A stretch of 64,000 bases of DNA from Steroidobacteraceae bacterium. GTDB taxonomy: Bacteria; Pseudomonadota; Gammaproteobacteria; Steroidobacterales; Steroidobacteraceae. How positions within the stretch are numbered: the first letter of the stretch is position 1; every line of letters begins with the position of its first letter. Made by a program: the position numbers and the translations under genes. The stretch lies in assembly GCA_050739115.1 (NCBI GenBank), contig JBOIAQ010000018.1, forward strand, positions 680 to 64,679. The letters are read 5' to 3'. The notes under the pieces are model-generated. The model searched no databases. It worked only from the letters and a program-made list of their open reading frames with translations, and was not told the origin of the DNA. This document shows, piece after piece, positions 26,734 to 38,415 of this stretch.

Positions 26734-28901
26734 GGGTAGCCGCCACTGGGCGGGGCGGCGCCGCTACCCGACTTGTCCGGGGGGCTCGCCGGGCTTTGTT
26801 GCGCCGCCGGCGTCTGACCCGGTGGCGTCTGTGCCGGCGCCGCCTGGCTGCTCGCCGGCGGTTTCTTGGCCTTGGTCTTGGGCTTCTGCTCCGGGGCATT
26901 CGGAGCGAGCGGACTCGGCGCCGACAGCGTGCCGGGCGGCGGCGGCGGCGGCAGGGGCGGCAGGCGCGGCGCCGGCTCGCCCCGCAGCATATTGGGGAAC
27001 CGCTCAGGAGCCACCGAGCTCTCCTGGTTCAACATGTAATCGTAGCTCTCGCCGGTCTTTTCGGCGGCTTCCGACTGATCGGTCATGATGGTCGGCTTGA
27101 TGAAGATCATCAGGTTATCGCGGGTCGCGCTGTCGTTGCGCGCTCTGAAGAGCTCGCCGAGCAGCGGGATGTCGGAGAGGAAGGGAACGCCGTTGTTGCT
27201 GCGATCCTGCTCGTTCGAGATCAGTCCGCCGAGCACGACGACGCCGCCGTTCTCGATCAGTACGTTGGTCTGAATGCTGCGCTTGAGCGTGGTGATGTCC
27301 ACCGAGGAAACCGAGTTCGGCAGCACGCTCGAGCTCTCCACCGATATCTTCAACATCACGGCGTTGCCCTCTGCGGAGATCGTCGGTGTCACCTTGAGGA
27401 TGGTGCCGACCTCCTGCTGCTGCACGGTCTGGAAGGGAGTGACCGTGCCGCTGCTTACCGTGGAAGCGTTGGTGTATTGACCGGTAACGAACGGCACCTC
27501 CTCGACGTCCTTGAGCGTCGCCGCCTGGTTATCGACGGTGACGGCCGAGGGGGTCGCGACGACGTTGGTGCCGCTCGTGCCCTGCAGGGCGCGGATCATG
27601 GCCGCGAACGATTCTCCGGCGGCGGAGATGGTCCCGACACCGATGGTCGTGCCCTCGAGCAGCGAGGTGCTGAGCGTGGCCGGGTTCTGCGCCGCGCTGA
27701 TGAGATCGACGATGCTCGTACCGCCCACCGGCTCGACGAAGCCGCCGAGTGGCACTTTGTTGCTCTGCGAGTAGGCCGCCCAGTTGACGCCGAGGTCCTC
27801 GGTCTTGTTGACCTCGACCTCGGCGATGATCGCCTGCACCAGCACCTGAGGCTGTCGACGATCGAGCGACTGCACGATATCGAGGACCGTCCGCATCAGC
27901 TTGGGCGGGGCGGTGATGATGAGCGCATTGTTCTCCTTATCGGCCCAGACGAGCGCGTTCTTCTCCGCCGCCGCGGTCGGGTTCTTGGCGGCGGTGTTCT
28001 CGCCGGCGCCCATCTGCGCGAGCTCGGACATCTGCTCCTTGAGCTTTGGAGCGAGCTTGGTGGCGTCGGCATAGTGGAGGAAAACCACGCGGGTGTCGCC
28101 GCCCGACTGCAGCGGCGTGTCGAGCTCCGCCACCAGTGCGCGGATGCGCAAGCGCTGCGCCGGATCACCGCTGATGAGCACGCTGTTGGTGCGGTCGTCG
28201 GCCACCACCTTGAGCGCGCGCCCTTCCTGCATGTTCGCGGCGCCCTGGTAGAGCGAATCAATCGTGCGCACCACGTCTTCGGCCGAAGCGTTCTGCAGCG
28301 GCATCACATCGACGTCCTGGTTTCCGATCTGATCGATCCGCTGGATGATCGAGATCAGCCGGTGCACGTTGCTCGCAGTATCGGTGATGATGAGAATGTT
28401 GGATGGCGGGTAGGCGGCGAGATCACCCTGCTGCGGGATCATGGGCCGCAGGATCGGCACCAGTTCCGCCGCGCTCACGTTCTTGACGGCGATGACCTGG
28501 GTGACGATCTCGTCCGAGCTCGAGCTCACGCGGCCGGGGAGGTTGTTCGAGGTCACGTAGCGCGTGAGTGCGTCGGGCACGATCTTGACGATGTTGTTGC
28601 CCGAGGGCTCGGCGATGAAGCCGTAGACGGAGAGGATGGAAAGAAACGCCTGATAGAAAGCGGGCGGGGACATCGGCGCCGAGGAGTACATCGTCACCTG
28701 GGCGCGTACGCGCGGATCAACGATGAAGCTCTTGCCGGTCGCCGCGGCGACCGCCTGGATGATCTGCGTGATGTCGGCGTCCTTGAAGTTCGGCGTGATA
28801 CTCACGGCCTGCTGCACGGCCCCCTGCGCGAGGCAGGCGAGCGTCGGCGTGAGCAGAGCCAGGCAGCAGGCGAATGTGCGAAGGCCTTTCACTAACCTCA
28901 A
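26730..28901 (-). CDS. gspD: Type II secretion system secretin GspD with Pro-rich C-terminal tail
   Basis: Signal peptide, N0-N3 domains (NFKDADITQIIQAVA...), secretin domain (...VPFLSDIPLLGELFR...LMIFIKPTI), then a ~90-aa P/A/Q/K-rich tail. 4-nt overlap with gspE. Confidence 0.92.
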   Translation of the reverse strand: MRLVKGLRTFACCLALLTPTLACLAQGAVQQAVSITPNFKDADITQIIQAVAAATGKSFIVDPRVRAQVTMYSSAPMSPPAFYQAFLSILSVYGFIAEPSGNNIVKIVPDALTRYVTSNNLPGRVSSSSDEIVTQVIAVKNVSAAELVPILRPMIPQQGDLAAYPPSNILIITDTASNVHRLISIIQRIDQIGNQDVDVMPLQNASAEDVVRTIDSLYQGAANMQEGRALKVVADDRTNSVLISGDPAQRLRIRALVAELDTPLQSGGDTRVVFLHYADATKLAPKLKEQMSELAQMGAGENTAAKNPTAAAEKNALVWADKENNALIITAPPKLMRTVLDIVQSLDRRQPQVLVQAIIAEVEVNKTEDLGVNWAAYSQSNKVPLGGFVEPVGGTSIVDLISAAQNPATLSTSLLEGTTIGVGTISAAGESFAAMIRALQGTSGTNVVATPSAVTVDNQAATLKDVEEVPFVTGQYTNASTVSSGTVTPFQTVQQQEVGTILKVTPTISAEGNAVMLKISVESSSVLPNSVSSVDITTLKRSIQTNVLIENGGVVVLGGLISNEQDRSNNGVPFLSDIPLLGELFRARNDSATRDNLMIFIKPTIMTDQSEAAEKTGESYDYMLNQESSVAPERFPNMLRGEPAPRLPPLPPPPPPGTLSAPSPLAPNAPEQKPKTKAKKPPASSQAAPAQTPPGQTPAAQQSPASPPDKSGSGAAPPSGGYP

Positions 28902-28931
28902 ACCCCCTTGATGGGCCCCTTACGGGACACG

Positions 28932-29882
28932 CTACGGTGGAGCGAACGGCAGGCTCCGCTGCGGTGGCGGCGCGGACATCCCATTTTGCGACCCGGCGAG
29001 CGATTCCGCCTCCTGTTCGACAGCGGCCAGATCGAGAGTGAGATCCTGTTGCTGTCCATTGCGCAGAACCGTGACGTGCGCCTCACTTGAGGAGCCGAGC
29101 GTACGCAGGATCTGCTCGCCCTGCGCATCATTGAGCGGCTGCCCGTCGATCGCCGTCACCAGATCGCCCGGTCTCAGGCCCAATTGCAGGAATACCTCCG
29201 GGTCACGCCCGGGATAGACCCTGAAGCCCTGCTGCTTGCCGCCCGCGAACACCGGCTCCGGGCGCATGATATCGCCGATGATGCCAGGATTACGGCTCAC
29301 GAGCTCACGCATCCGCTCGAGCGCGGGCTGTGTGGGCGCGGCGGAAATGCTCGGCGGCGGAGCGTTGCCACCCGCGAGCTGGTGCGGCAGCGCCAGAGCT
29401 TCGATGCGTCCGTCCCGCTCGAGCAGCACATGGTCGGACAATACCGCGTGCAGCCGGGCGCCCCCGGGGATGCTGTCCCCGACCGCATACACCTTGGTGG
29501 TCGCGACATTCGGCCCGAGTATTGCGAGCCCGTCGCGCGGATCATTGGCGGCGATCACACCTGTGAGCACCAGCGGCATATTCGTCTGCGGCGCATTGGC
29601 ATCCCCCGCGCCCGCCGCTGTGGGCGCCACGCCGAAAAGATGTGTATTGGTGATGGCGGCGATGTCGACGGGCGCGCGCTGCGCGCGGGAAGCGGCGGCA
29701 ATGACGGCGGGCGAAGGCGCGCGATCGGCACCCGCGAGGTCCGTGAGGATCATCGCGGCTTGGATACCGAGAGCCAGTGCGAGCGCCCAGGTTGCCACCC
29801 GCGGGCCGCGGGTGAAGAACAGGGCGCGCCACTTCTCGGATACCGGGATGGCTTGGAGCCAGGAGGCGGCGCTCATTGACAT
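28932..29882 (-). CDS. gspC: Type II secretion system protein GspC (PDZ-containing)
   Basis: N-terminal TM ([18 protein letters not shown]), HR region ([10 protein letters not shown]...AILG), C-terminal PDZ-like segment ([18 protein letters not shown]). Sits upstream of gspD. Confidence 0.8.
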   Translation of the reverse strand: MSMSAASWLQAIPVSEKWRALFFTRGPRVATWALALALGIQAAMILTDLAGADRAPSPAVIAAASRAQRAPVDIAAITNTHLFGVAPTAAGAGDANAPQTNMPLVLTGVIAANDPRDGLAILGPNVATTKVYAVGDSIPGGARLHAVLSDHVLLERDGRIEALALPHQLAGGNAPPPSISAAPTQPALERMRELVSRNPGIIGDIMRPEPVFAGGKQQGFRVYPGRDPEVFLQLGLRPGDLVTAIDGQPLNDAQGEQILRTLGSSSEAHVTVLRNGQQQDLTLDLAAVEQEAESLAGSQNGMSAPPPQRSLPFAPP

Positions 29883-30067
29883 CGCAGGGACATGGATTCG
29901 CTGGCAAACACCCGATAGATCGTGGTCGGCGCAGTTCGTGCGGCCGCTTCAGCCGGGCAATCATACGGCGCCCCCGGTTGCGCTCTCAAGCGATTGTTTC
30001 TCAAAGATTAAGAGGCGTCCATCATCGCAGGCTTGTGTTGCCGATTCGCGACCCCTATAAAGACAGC

Positions 30068-30388
30068 ATGCCCGATCCGCATCCGACCCGTCCCGATACC
30101 GGCATTCTCGTCGAGGAGGCGCGGCCCGAGGTCAAGCAGCCGCCGCTCTATCAGGTGGTGCTGCTCAACGACGATTACACTCCGATGGAGTTCGTGGTCG
30201 ATGTGCTCGAGAAGTTCTTCGGCCTTGATCGGCCGACGGCCACGCGCATCATGCTCGAAGTCCATACGAAGGGTAAGGGTGTCTGCGGGGTCTTTACGTT
30301 CGAGATCGCGGAAACTAAGGTGGCACAGGTGACCACGTACGCGCGGGACCACCAGCACCCGCTCATGTGCACGCTGGAAGAGGCTTGA
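30068..30388 (+). CDS. clpS: ATP-dependent Clp protease adaptor ClpS
   Basis: [27 protein letters not shown]...A..IML.VH..G.GVCGVFT.EIAETK. Confidence 0.95.
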   Translation: MPDPHPTRPDTGILVEEARPEVKQPPLYQVVLLNDDYTPMEFVVDVLEKFFGLDRPTATRIMLEVHTKGKGVCGVFTFEIAETKVAQVTTYARDHQHPLMCTLEEA

Positions 30389-30412
30389 ACTTTAAACATA
30401 GGCTCAACGAAA

Positions 30413-32686
30413 GTGCTGTCCAACGAGCTTGAATATTGCCTGAACGACGCCTTCCACCAGGCCCGGGAAGCGCGTCACGAATATCTGACGGTCGAACATC
30501 TGCTGCTCGCCATTCTCGATACGCCCAAGGTGCGCGAGGTCCTTCGTGCCTGCGGCGCGGAGCTCGGCAAGCTCAAGCACGAGCTGAAGGAGCACATCGA
30601 GCAGTCGACGCCGCGCGTCGAGGAGGGCGAGGAGCGTGAAGTGCAGCCGACGCTCGGCTTCCAGCGGGTGTTGCAACGCGCGGTTTTTCACGTGCAATCG
30701 AGCGGCAAGAAGGAAGTGGGTGTCGCGAACGTGCTGGTGGCGATCTTCAGCGAGAAGCAGAGTCACGCCGTGTTCCTCCTCAATCGCCAGCACGTGACGC
30801 GTCTCGATGTGGTCAACTACATCTCTCACGGCCTCTCGAAGATCGCCGAGGAGAAGACCGACAAGGACGAGACGCAGGCGGATGTTGAACGCGATCCCGA
30901 GGGCGGCAGCGCTCTCGAGAAGTACGCCACCAACCTGAACCGCCTCGCCCAGGAAGGGCGCATCGATCCGCTCATCGGCCGCAAGCTCGAGATCGAGCGC
31001 ACGATCGAGATTCTCTGCCGTCGCCGCAAGAACAACCCGCTGTATGTTGGTGAGGCCGGCGTCGGCAAGACCGCGATCGCCGAGGGGCTCGCGCGTCTCA
31101 TCATCGAGGGCAAGGTGCCCGAGGTGCTCGCCGACTGCACGATTTACGCACTCGACATGGGCGCGCTCATCGCGGGGACCAAATACCGCGGCGATTTCGA
31201 GAAGCGCCTGAAGGGCGTCATTACGGAGCTGAAGAAGCAGCCCGGCGCCATTCTCTTCATCGACGAGATTCACACCGTAATCGGTGCCGGCGCCGCCTCG
31301 GGCGGCGTCATGGACGCTTCCAACCTCATCAAGCCGGTGCTGACCAATGGCGAGATCCGCTGCATCGGATCCACCACCTACCAGGAGTATCGGGGCATCT
31401 TCGAGAAGGATCACGCCCTCGCGCGCCGATTCCAGAAGATCGATGTCACCGAGCCCTCAATCGCGGAGACGATCGAGATCCTGATGGGCCTCAAGGCGCG
31501 ATTCGAGGAGCACCACGGCATCACTTACGCGGCCGACGCCTTGAAGGCGGCGGCGGAGCTTGCGGCCCGCCACATCAACGAGCGGCACATGCCGGACAAG
31601 GCGATCGATGTGGTCGATGAGGCCGGGGCGCGGCAGCGTCTGAAACCGATCGCCGAGCGCGAGCCGGTCGTCGAAGTCCGTCACGTCGAGGATGTGGTGG
31701 CGCGCATGGCGCGCATCCCGGCGAAGAGCGTCTCGACCTCCGACCGCGAGATCCTGAAAAACCTGGAGCGAAGCCTCAAACTCGTCATCTTCGGCCAGGA
31801 CCGCGCCATCGAGGCATTGGGCGCGGCGATCAAGATGGCGCGCTCGGGCCTGGGCGATCAGCGCAAGCCCGTCGGCAGCTTCCTCTTCTCGGGCCCGACC
31901 GGCGTGGGCAAGACCGAGGTCACCCGCCAGCTCGCCATCGCCATGGGAGTCGAGTTCCTGCGCTTCGACATGTCCGAATACATGGAGCGACACACCGTCT
32001 CGCGCCTGATCGGCGCGCCGCCGGGCTACGTCGGCTTCGATCAAGGAGGGCTTCTCACCGAGGCGATCTCCAAGCATCCGCATTGCGTGCTGCTGCTCGA
32101 TGAGATCGAAAAAGCTCACCCCGATGTTTTCAACCTGCTGCTACAGGTAATGGATCACGGGACGCTGACCGACAACAACGGCCGCAAGGCCGACTTCCGC
32201 CACGTCATCATCGTGATGACGACCAATGCCGGCGCCCAGGAGATGGCGCGGCCGTCGATTGGTTTCACCCACGCGGATCACGCGAGTGATGGGATGGAAG
32301 CGATCCGCCGCTCCTTCACGCCGGAGTTCCGCAACCGGCTGGATGCGGTGATCCAGTTTGCGAGCCTCGACCCGGTCACCATCGAGCGGGTGGTGGACAA
32401 AATGGTCGTGGAAGTGGAAATGCAGCTCGAGCAGAAGGGCGTCACCATCTCCCTCGACGATGCGGCGCGCCGCTGGATCGCCGAGAAGGGTTATGACCCC
32501 AAGATGGGCGCGCGGCCCATGGCGCGGACCATTCAGGAGCACATCAAGCGGCCGCTGGCGGAGGAGCTGCTATTCGGCAGGCTGGTGGGCGGTGGGCACG
32601 TGCGGATATCGGTTGCGGCGGACGGCTCGAAACTCGAGCTCGAATGCATCCCCAACAATCAGCCGGAGCTGATCGAAAGCAAGTGA
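30413..32686 (+). CDS. clpA: ATP-dependent Clp protease ATP-binding subunit ClpA
   Basis: N-domain, two AAA+ modules (GEAGVGKTAIAEGLA; GPTGVGKTEVTRQLA). No middle coiled-coil of ClpB length. GTG start. Confidence 0.95.
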   Translation: MLSNELEYCLNDAFHQAREARHEYLTVEHLLLAILDTPKVREVLRACGAELGKLKHELKEHIEQSTPRVEEGEEREVQPTLGFQRVLQRAVFHVQSSGKKEVGVANVLVAIFSEKQSHAVFLLNRQHVTRLDVVNYISHGLSKIAEEKTDKDETQADVERDPEGGSALEKYATNLNRLAQEGRIDPLIGRKLEIERTIEILCRRRKNNPLYVGEAGVGKTAIAEGLARLIIEGKVPEVLADCTIYALDMGALIAGTKYRGDFEKRLKGVITELKKQPGAILFIDEIHTVIGAGAASGGVMDASNLIKPVLTNGEIRCIGSTTYQEYRGIFEKDHALARRFQKIDVTEPSIAETIEILMGLKARFEEHHGITYAADALKAAAELAARHINERHMPDKAIDVVDEAGARQRLKPIAEREPVVEVRHVEDVVARMARIPAKSVSTSDREILKNLERSLKLVIFGQDRAIEALGAAIKMARSGLGDQRKPVGSFLFSGPTGVGKTEVTRQLAIAMGVEFLRFDMSEYMERHTVSRLIGAPPGYVGFDQGGLLTEAISKHPHCVLLLDEIEKAHPDVFNLLLQVMDHGTLTDNNGRKADFRHVIIVMTTNAGAQEMARPSIGFTHADHASDGMEAIRRSFTPEFRNRLDAVIQFASLDPVTIERVVDKMVVEVEMQLEQKGVTISLDDAARRWIAEKGYDPKMGARPMARTIQEHIKRPLAEELLFGRLVGGGHVRISVAADGSKLELECIPNNQPELIESK

Positions 32687-32705
32687 GCCGCCAAAAGCGG
32701 GCTCA
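32684..32705. terminator. Short hairpin spanning the convergent clpA and infA stop codons
   Basis: TGAGCCGC-CAAAA-GCGG(G)GCTCA, an 8-bp stem with one bulge. Both stop codons (TGA at 32684 and the TCA complement at 32703-32705) form the stem ends. Confidence 0.4.
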
Positions 32706-32921
32706 TCTGCCGCGATAGATGATGCGGCCCTTGGTCAGGTCGTAGGGCGTCATTTCCACCGTGACCTGGTCCCCCGTGAGGATACGGATGTAGTTTTTCC
32801 GCATCTTGCCGGAAATGTGCGCGGTCACCACGTGGCCGTTCTTCAGCTTCACGCGGAAGGTGGTGTTGGGTAGGGTCTCCACCACCTCACCCTCCATCTG
32901 GATCGCGTCTTCTTTCGACAT
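32703..32921 (-). CDS. infA: Translation initiation factor IF-1
   Basis: [72 protein letters not shown]. Confidence 0.97.
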   Translation of the reverse strand: MSKEDAIQMEGEVVETLPNTTFRVKLKNGHVVTAHISGKMRKNYIRILTGDQVTVEMTPYDLTKGRIIYRGR

Positions 32922-32998
32922 AATGCCCTTATCGTCTCGGGGGCGCGCATTGGAGCACAAAGGCCGCAGGTCTGCAATTTGCGCGCCGGAGCCGTCTT

Positions 32999-33688
32999 TT
33001 AGCCGATCAACTCGGCGACATCGAGCGATACCCATTCGCCGAGCAGCGCCTGGAACTGCGCCCGAGGAATGCTGCGCGCGCCTAAGCTCGCCAGATGCCG
33101 GGAGGCGAGCTGGCAGTCGATCACGGCGATATTGTTGCGCCGGCACAGCGCCACCAGATGCGCGAGCGCCACTTTGGAGGCATCCCGGGCACGGCTGAAC
33201 ATCGACTCACCGAAGAAAAGCCCCCCGAGCCTCACCCCGTAAAGGCCGCCGACGAGCTCCCCGCCGCGCCGCGCCTCGATGCTGTGGGCATGGCCGAGGT
33301 GATGGAGCTCGAGATACCCCGCACGCATCTCCGGAGTGATCCAGGTGCCGAGGCTATGGGCTCGGGGCGCAGCGCAACCATCGATGACCCCTTGGAAGTC
33401 CTGATCCGTCGTCAGACTGAAACCACCATTGCGCAGAGTCTTGGCCAGGCTCCGGCTCATCCGGAATTCGTCCGGGAAGAGTACGGTGCGCGGATCCGGA
33501 GACCACCAGAGCACCGGTTGGCCCGGCGAGTACCAGGGAAAGATGCCGCGCCGGTAGGCGGCAAGCAGCCTCGCGGTCGAGAGATCACCGCCCGCGGCCA
33601 GGAGGCCGGCGGGATCATCGAGCGCCTGCTCCGGCGGTGGAAACCACTCCGGAGCATCTTTGGGCGAGAGCCAGGTGATCGTCTTCAC
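32999..33688 (-). CDS. aat: Leucyl/phenylalanyl-tRNA--protein transferase
   Basis: [10 protein letters not shown]...[13 protein letters not shown]...[11 protein letters not shown]...GGLYG...[12 protein letters not shown] start at 33688. Confidence 0.9.
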   Translation of the reverse strand: MKTITWLSPKDAPEWFPPPEQALDDPAGLLAAGGDLSTARLLAAYRRGIFPWYSPGQPVLWWSPDPRTVLFPDEFRMSRSLAKTLRNGGFSLTTDQDFQGVIDGCAAPRAHSLGTWITPEMRAGYLELHHLGHAHSIEARRGGELVGGLYGVRLGGLFFGESMFSRARDASKVALAHLVALCRRNNIAVIDCQLASRHLASLGARSIPRAQFQALLGEWVSLDVAELIG

Positions 33689-33695
33689 TGGCGTT

Positions 33696-34877
33696 TCAGA
33701 CGGGCGCCTTGCGGTACGGCACGTGCTCTCGGACTTCGGCGGCGTAGTCGTCGATGGCGCCGCCTTCGCGCTCGAGGTACTCGCCGATCGCGCCGCGGAA
33801 GGCGGCATCCGCTATGTAGTGCGCCGACCATGTGAGCGTCGGCTCGAACCCGCGGCTCACCTTGTGCTCACCCTGGGTGCCGGGCTCGAAGCGCTTGATT
33901 CCGCGCTCGATGCAGAACTCGATGCCCCGGTGGTAACAGGTCTCGAAATGCAGGCTGTGATAGTCCGCAGCCGCGCCCCAGTACCGCCCGTAGAGCGCCT
34001 CGGGTGACCAGAAGAATATGGCGGCGGCAACCGGCGTCTCGCGTTCCCGGGACCGATGCATGGCGATCTTCACCATGAGCGCATCCCCCAGCGTGCGCGC
34101 AATTTCGCTGAAGAATTCACGGGTGAGATAGGGCTCGTTGCCGTGGCGCAAGAACGTGTCGCGGTGAAAGCCGTACACGCTCCCGAGCAGCTGCTCGTCG
34201 AGCTCGCCACCAAAGCGTGTCTCGAAGTGGATCCCGGCCTCGGTGACCCGACGGCGCTCGCGGCGCGCCTTCTTGCGCTTCTCGGCCGTGAAGGTCTCGA
34301 GATAACCCTCGAAGCTCTCATAGCCGCGATTGCTCCAGTGGAACTGACAGTCGCGCCGCAGCAGCCAGCCTGCCCGCTCACAGGCGGCGCGTGCCGACTC
34401 ATCGAGAAAGAGGGCATGGACCGAGGACAGACCCCGGCTCGCCGCATGGGCCTCGAGGGCATCGAGCAGTCGCGTCGCCATGACGGCGCGGTCGAGCCCC
34501 GGGCGCGCGAGCAGGCGCGGTCCCGTGGCCGGAGTGAAAGGCACGGCGACGGTGAGCTTGGGGTAATAGCGCCGCGCATAGCGCGCGTACGCCTGCGCCC
34601 AGGCAAAATCGAAGACGAACTCTCCATAGGAGTGCGTCTTGACGTAGGCCGGCGCGGCCGCCGCGAGTCCCGATTCATCCATCACGGTGAGCGGGCAGGG
34701 CTCCCAGCCCGTACCGGCACCCACGCAGCCGGTGTGCTCGAGCGCCGCCAGGAACTCGTGGCGCAGGAACGGGCAGTCGGCTCCCGCCAGCGCGTTCCAC
34801 TGACGCGGATCGATTTCATCGATACTCGAGTGAATTTTCGCCCGCACCGTACTCCTCGCCGTGATCCTCGCCGTCAT
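33696..34877 (-). CDS. COG3146/DUF482 FemAB-like (GNAT-fold) protein
   Basis: [26 protein letters not shown]...[43 protein letters not shown]...[30 protein letters not shown]. Start at the ATG at 34877, because trxB ends at 34903. Confidence 0.75.
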   Translation of the reverse strand: MTARITARSTVRAKIHSSIDEIDPRQWNALAGADCPFLRHEFLAALEHTGCVGAGTGWEPCPLTVMDESGLAAAAPAYVKTHSYGEFVFDFAWAQAYARYARRYYPKLTVAVPFTPATGPRLLARPGLDRAVMATRLLDALEAHAASRGLSSVHALFLDESARAACERAGWLLRRDCQFHWSNRGYESFEGYLETFTAEKRKKARRERRRVTEAGIHFETRFGGELDEQLLGSVYGFHRDTFLRHGNEPYLTREFFSEIARTLGDALMVKIAMHRSRERETPVAAAIFFWSPEALYGRYWGAAADYHSLHFETCYHRGIEFCIERGIKRFEPGTQGEHKVSRGFEPTLTWSAHYIADAAFRGAIGEYLEREGGAIDDYAAEVREHVPYRKAPV

Positions 34878-34902
34878 CCTCGCGCCGGTGCTCGCCTGCG
34901 TG

Positions 34903-36008
<1,106 letters not shown>

Positions 36009-36050
36009 AATATCATAGTCCGCGTTTCACTATTCACGGAGCCGTAGGAA

Positions 36051-38387
36051 TTGGCCGAATCGCAGGCGCAGGCGCGCCCCATCCGCTTCACGGCCGCCGT
36101 CGCGCGCGGTCTGCGCGAGAGTGCCGTCATCGCCATCGGCGTGATGGCGATCGTGTTGCTCATCGCACTCGCCACGTATAACCCGTGCGACCCCGGCTTC
36201 ACGGTTCAAGGCGCCTGCCCTGCGGCGCACAACCCAGCCGTGCACAATCGTATCGGGCTGGTGGGCGCTTGGCTCGCCGACGCGCTTTTCTTCCTGCTCG
36301 GCCGTCCGGCTTACCTCGTGCCCCTGATGCTGGGTGCGGGCGCCTGGATGGTGCACCGGCGCGTGCCGGCCGAGCCCGCTTCTCGAATCAACTCCGTGGT
36401 ATGCGCGAGCGGATTCGCACTTCTGCTTGTCGCAAGCTGCGGGCTCGCGACCCTGAACTGGCATTCGGGCGAGCTGCACTATACGGCGGGAGGCGTCCTC
36501 GGTAGGGGGATCGGCCGCGGGCTCGAGGACGACCTCGGATTCCTCGGGGCGACTCTCCTTCTGTTGGCCGCGTGGATGGCAGGGTTGTCGCTCTCGTTCG
36601 AGGTCTCCTGGTTCACCGTCATGGACCGGCTCGGAAACTGGAGTTGGGCGGCGATCTCCTGGTTACGCGAGCACCGCGCCAGCGCGAAGGATGTTGCGAT
36701 GGGCAAGGAGCGACGGGCGGCGAGGCGCGATTCCGTGGTGAGCGAACAGAAGCGCGTGGCCGCTCGCACGCCGCCCAAGATCGAGCCCCCCGCGCCCGTG
36801 GTGCAGAAGAGCGAGCGCGTGGAGAAGGAGCGGCAGGTGCCGCTTTTCGACCCGCCGAAGGCCGGCGAGCTGCCACCGCTCTCGCTCCTCGATGATCCGC
36901 CGGCCCGCGAGCCGCTTTACTCGGCGGAGGCGCTCGAGGCGCTTTCGCGGCTGGTGGAGATGAAGCTCAAGGACTTCGCGATCGATGCCGAGGTCGTCGC
37001 CGTGCAACCCGGCCCGGTGGTGACGCGATTCGAGCTGCGACCCGCGCCCGGCGTGAAGGCGAGCCAGATCACGAGCCTCTCAAAGGACCTGGCGCGCGCG
37101 CTTTCGGTGCTGAGCGTGCGCGTGGTGGAGGTGATCCCCGGCAAGAGCGTCATGGGGCTCGAGATTGCGAACGAGAGGCGCGAGATCGTGACCCTGGGGG
37201 AGATCATCCGCTCGAAGGCCTATGACGAGCTGCACTCGCCCATCGCGCTCGCCCTCGGCAAGGACATCGGCGGCAAGGCCATGGTCGCCGACCTTGCGCG
37301 CATGCCGCACCTGCTCATCGCCGGCACCACGGGCTCGGGCAAGTCGGTCGCCATCAACGCGATGGTGCTCTCGCTCCTTTACAAGTCGACGGCCGAGCAC
37401 GTGCGGCTCATCATGATCGATCCGAAGATGCTGGAGCTCTCGGTGTACGAGGGGATCCCGCATTTGCTCGCCCCGGTAGTCACGGACATGAAGCAGGCGG
37501 CGAATGCGCTGCGCTGGTCTGTGGCGGAGATGGAGCGGCGCTACCAGTTGATGGCGGCTCTCGGGGTGCGCAACATCGCGGGCTTCAACCGGCGCGTGAA
37601 GGAGGCGAGCGATGCCGGCAAGCCGATTCTCGATCCCGTGATGCTGCAGCGCGCCGCCAACGATCCGACCATCGACCAGCGGCAGATCCAGCCCCTGGTA
37701 CCGCTGCCCTACGTGGTGGTCGTCATCGATGAGCTCGCCGATCTCATGATGATCGTCGGCAAGAAAGTGGAGGAGCTGATCGCGCGACTCGCGCAGAAGG
37801 CGCGCGCGTCCGGCATTCACCTCGTGCTCGCGACGCAACGCCCTTCGGTGGATGTCATCACCGGGCTGATCAAGGCCAACATTCCCTGCCGGATCGCCTT
37901 TCAGGTGTCGGCCAAGGTGGACTCGCGCACCATTCTCGATCAGATGGGAGCGGAGACGTTGCTCGGCCATGGCGACATGCTGTACCTGCCCGCGGGGACC
38001 TCCTTGCCGACGCGTGTCCATGGCGCTTTCGTGTCGGACCAGGAGGTCCACCGGGTCGTCGAGGCGCTGAAGACCTCGACGCCACCTGATTACATCGAGG
38101 AAGTGCTCTCCGGCCCCAGAGCGCCGATACCAGGGCTGCCCGGCGAGGAAGAGGAAGGAAATGGCGGCGCGATGCAGGATGCGGAGCAGGATGCGCTCTA
38201 TGACGAGGCCGTCAGAATCGTGATCTCAGAGCGCAAGCCGTCGATCTCGTACGTACAGCGGCGCCTCAAGATCGGCTACAACCGCGCCGCGCGCCTCCTC
38301 GAGGCGATGGAGATCGCGGGCCTCGTCGGGCCGCTGCAGACGAACGGCTCACGTGAAGTGCTGGCGCCCGCGCCGGCGGAAGATTGA
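36051..38387 (+). CDS. ftsK: DNA translocase FtsK
   Basis: N-terminal TM segments, Pro-rich linker, motor domain ([19 protein letters not shown]...[12 protein letters not shown]), C-terminal gamma wHTH ([24 protein letters not shown]). TTG start. Confidence 0.95.
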   Translation: MAESQAQARPIRFTAAVARGLRESAVIAIGVMAIVLLIALATYNPCDPGFTVQGACPAAHNPAVHNRIGLVGAWLADALFFLLGRPAYLVPLMLGAGAWMVHRRVPAEPASRINSVVCASGFALLLVASCGLATLNWHSGELHYTAGGVLGRGIGRGLEDDLGFLGATLLLLAAWMAGLSLSFEVSWFTVMDRLGNWSWAAISWLREHRASAKDVAMGKERRAARRDSVVSEQKRVAARTPPKIEPPAPVVQKSERVEKERQVPLFDPPKAGELPPLSLLDDPPAREPLYSAEALEALSRLVEMKLKDFAIDAEVVAVQPGPVVTRFELRPAPGVKASQITSLSKDLARALSVLSVRVVEVIPGKSVMGLEIANERREIVTLGEIIRSKAYDELHSPIALALGKDIGGKAMVADLARMPHLLIAGTTGSGKSVAINAMVLSLLYKSTAEHVRLIMIDPKMLELSVYEGIPHLLAPVVTDMKQAANALRWSVAEMERRYQLMAALGVRNIAGFNRRVKEASDAGKPILDPVMLQRAANDPTIDQRQIQPLVPLPYVVVVIDELADLMMIVGKKVEELIARLAQKARASGIHLVLATQRPSVDVITGLIKANIPCRIAFQVSAKVDSRTILDQMGAETLLGHGDMLYLPAGTSLPTRVHGAFVSDQEVHRVVEALKTSTPPDYIEEVLSGPRAPIPGLPGEEEEGNGGAMQDAEQDALYDEAVRIVISERKPSISYVQRRLKIGYNRAARLLEAMEIAGLVGPLQTNGSREVLAPAPAED

Positions 38388-38415
38388 ATTGCCTCGAGCA
38401 TTGAAAGGCCCCGCC

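Noticed and set aside
26796-28895. 699-aa plus-strand ORF (likewise 8365-9843, 23907-25316 and 56668-58191)
   Set aside because: All are antisense to strongly supported genes (gspD, rne, gspF/gspE, aldehyde dehydrogenase) and are Arg/Gly/His/Asp-rich without motifs.
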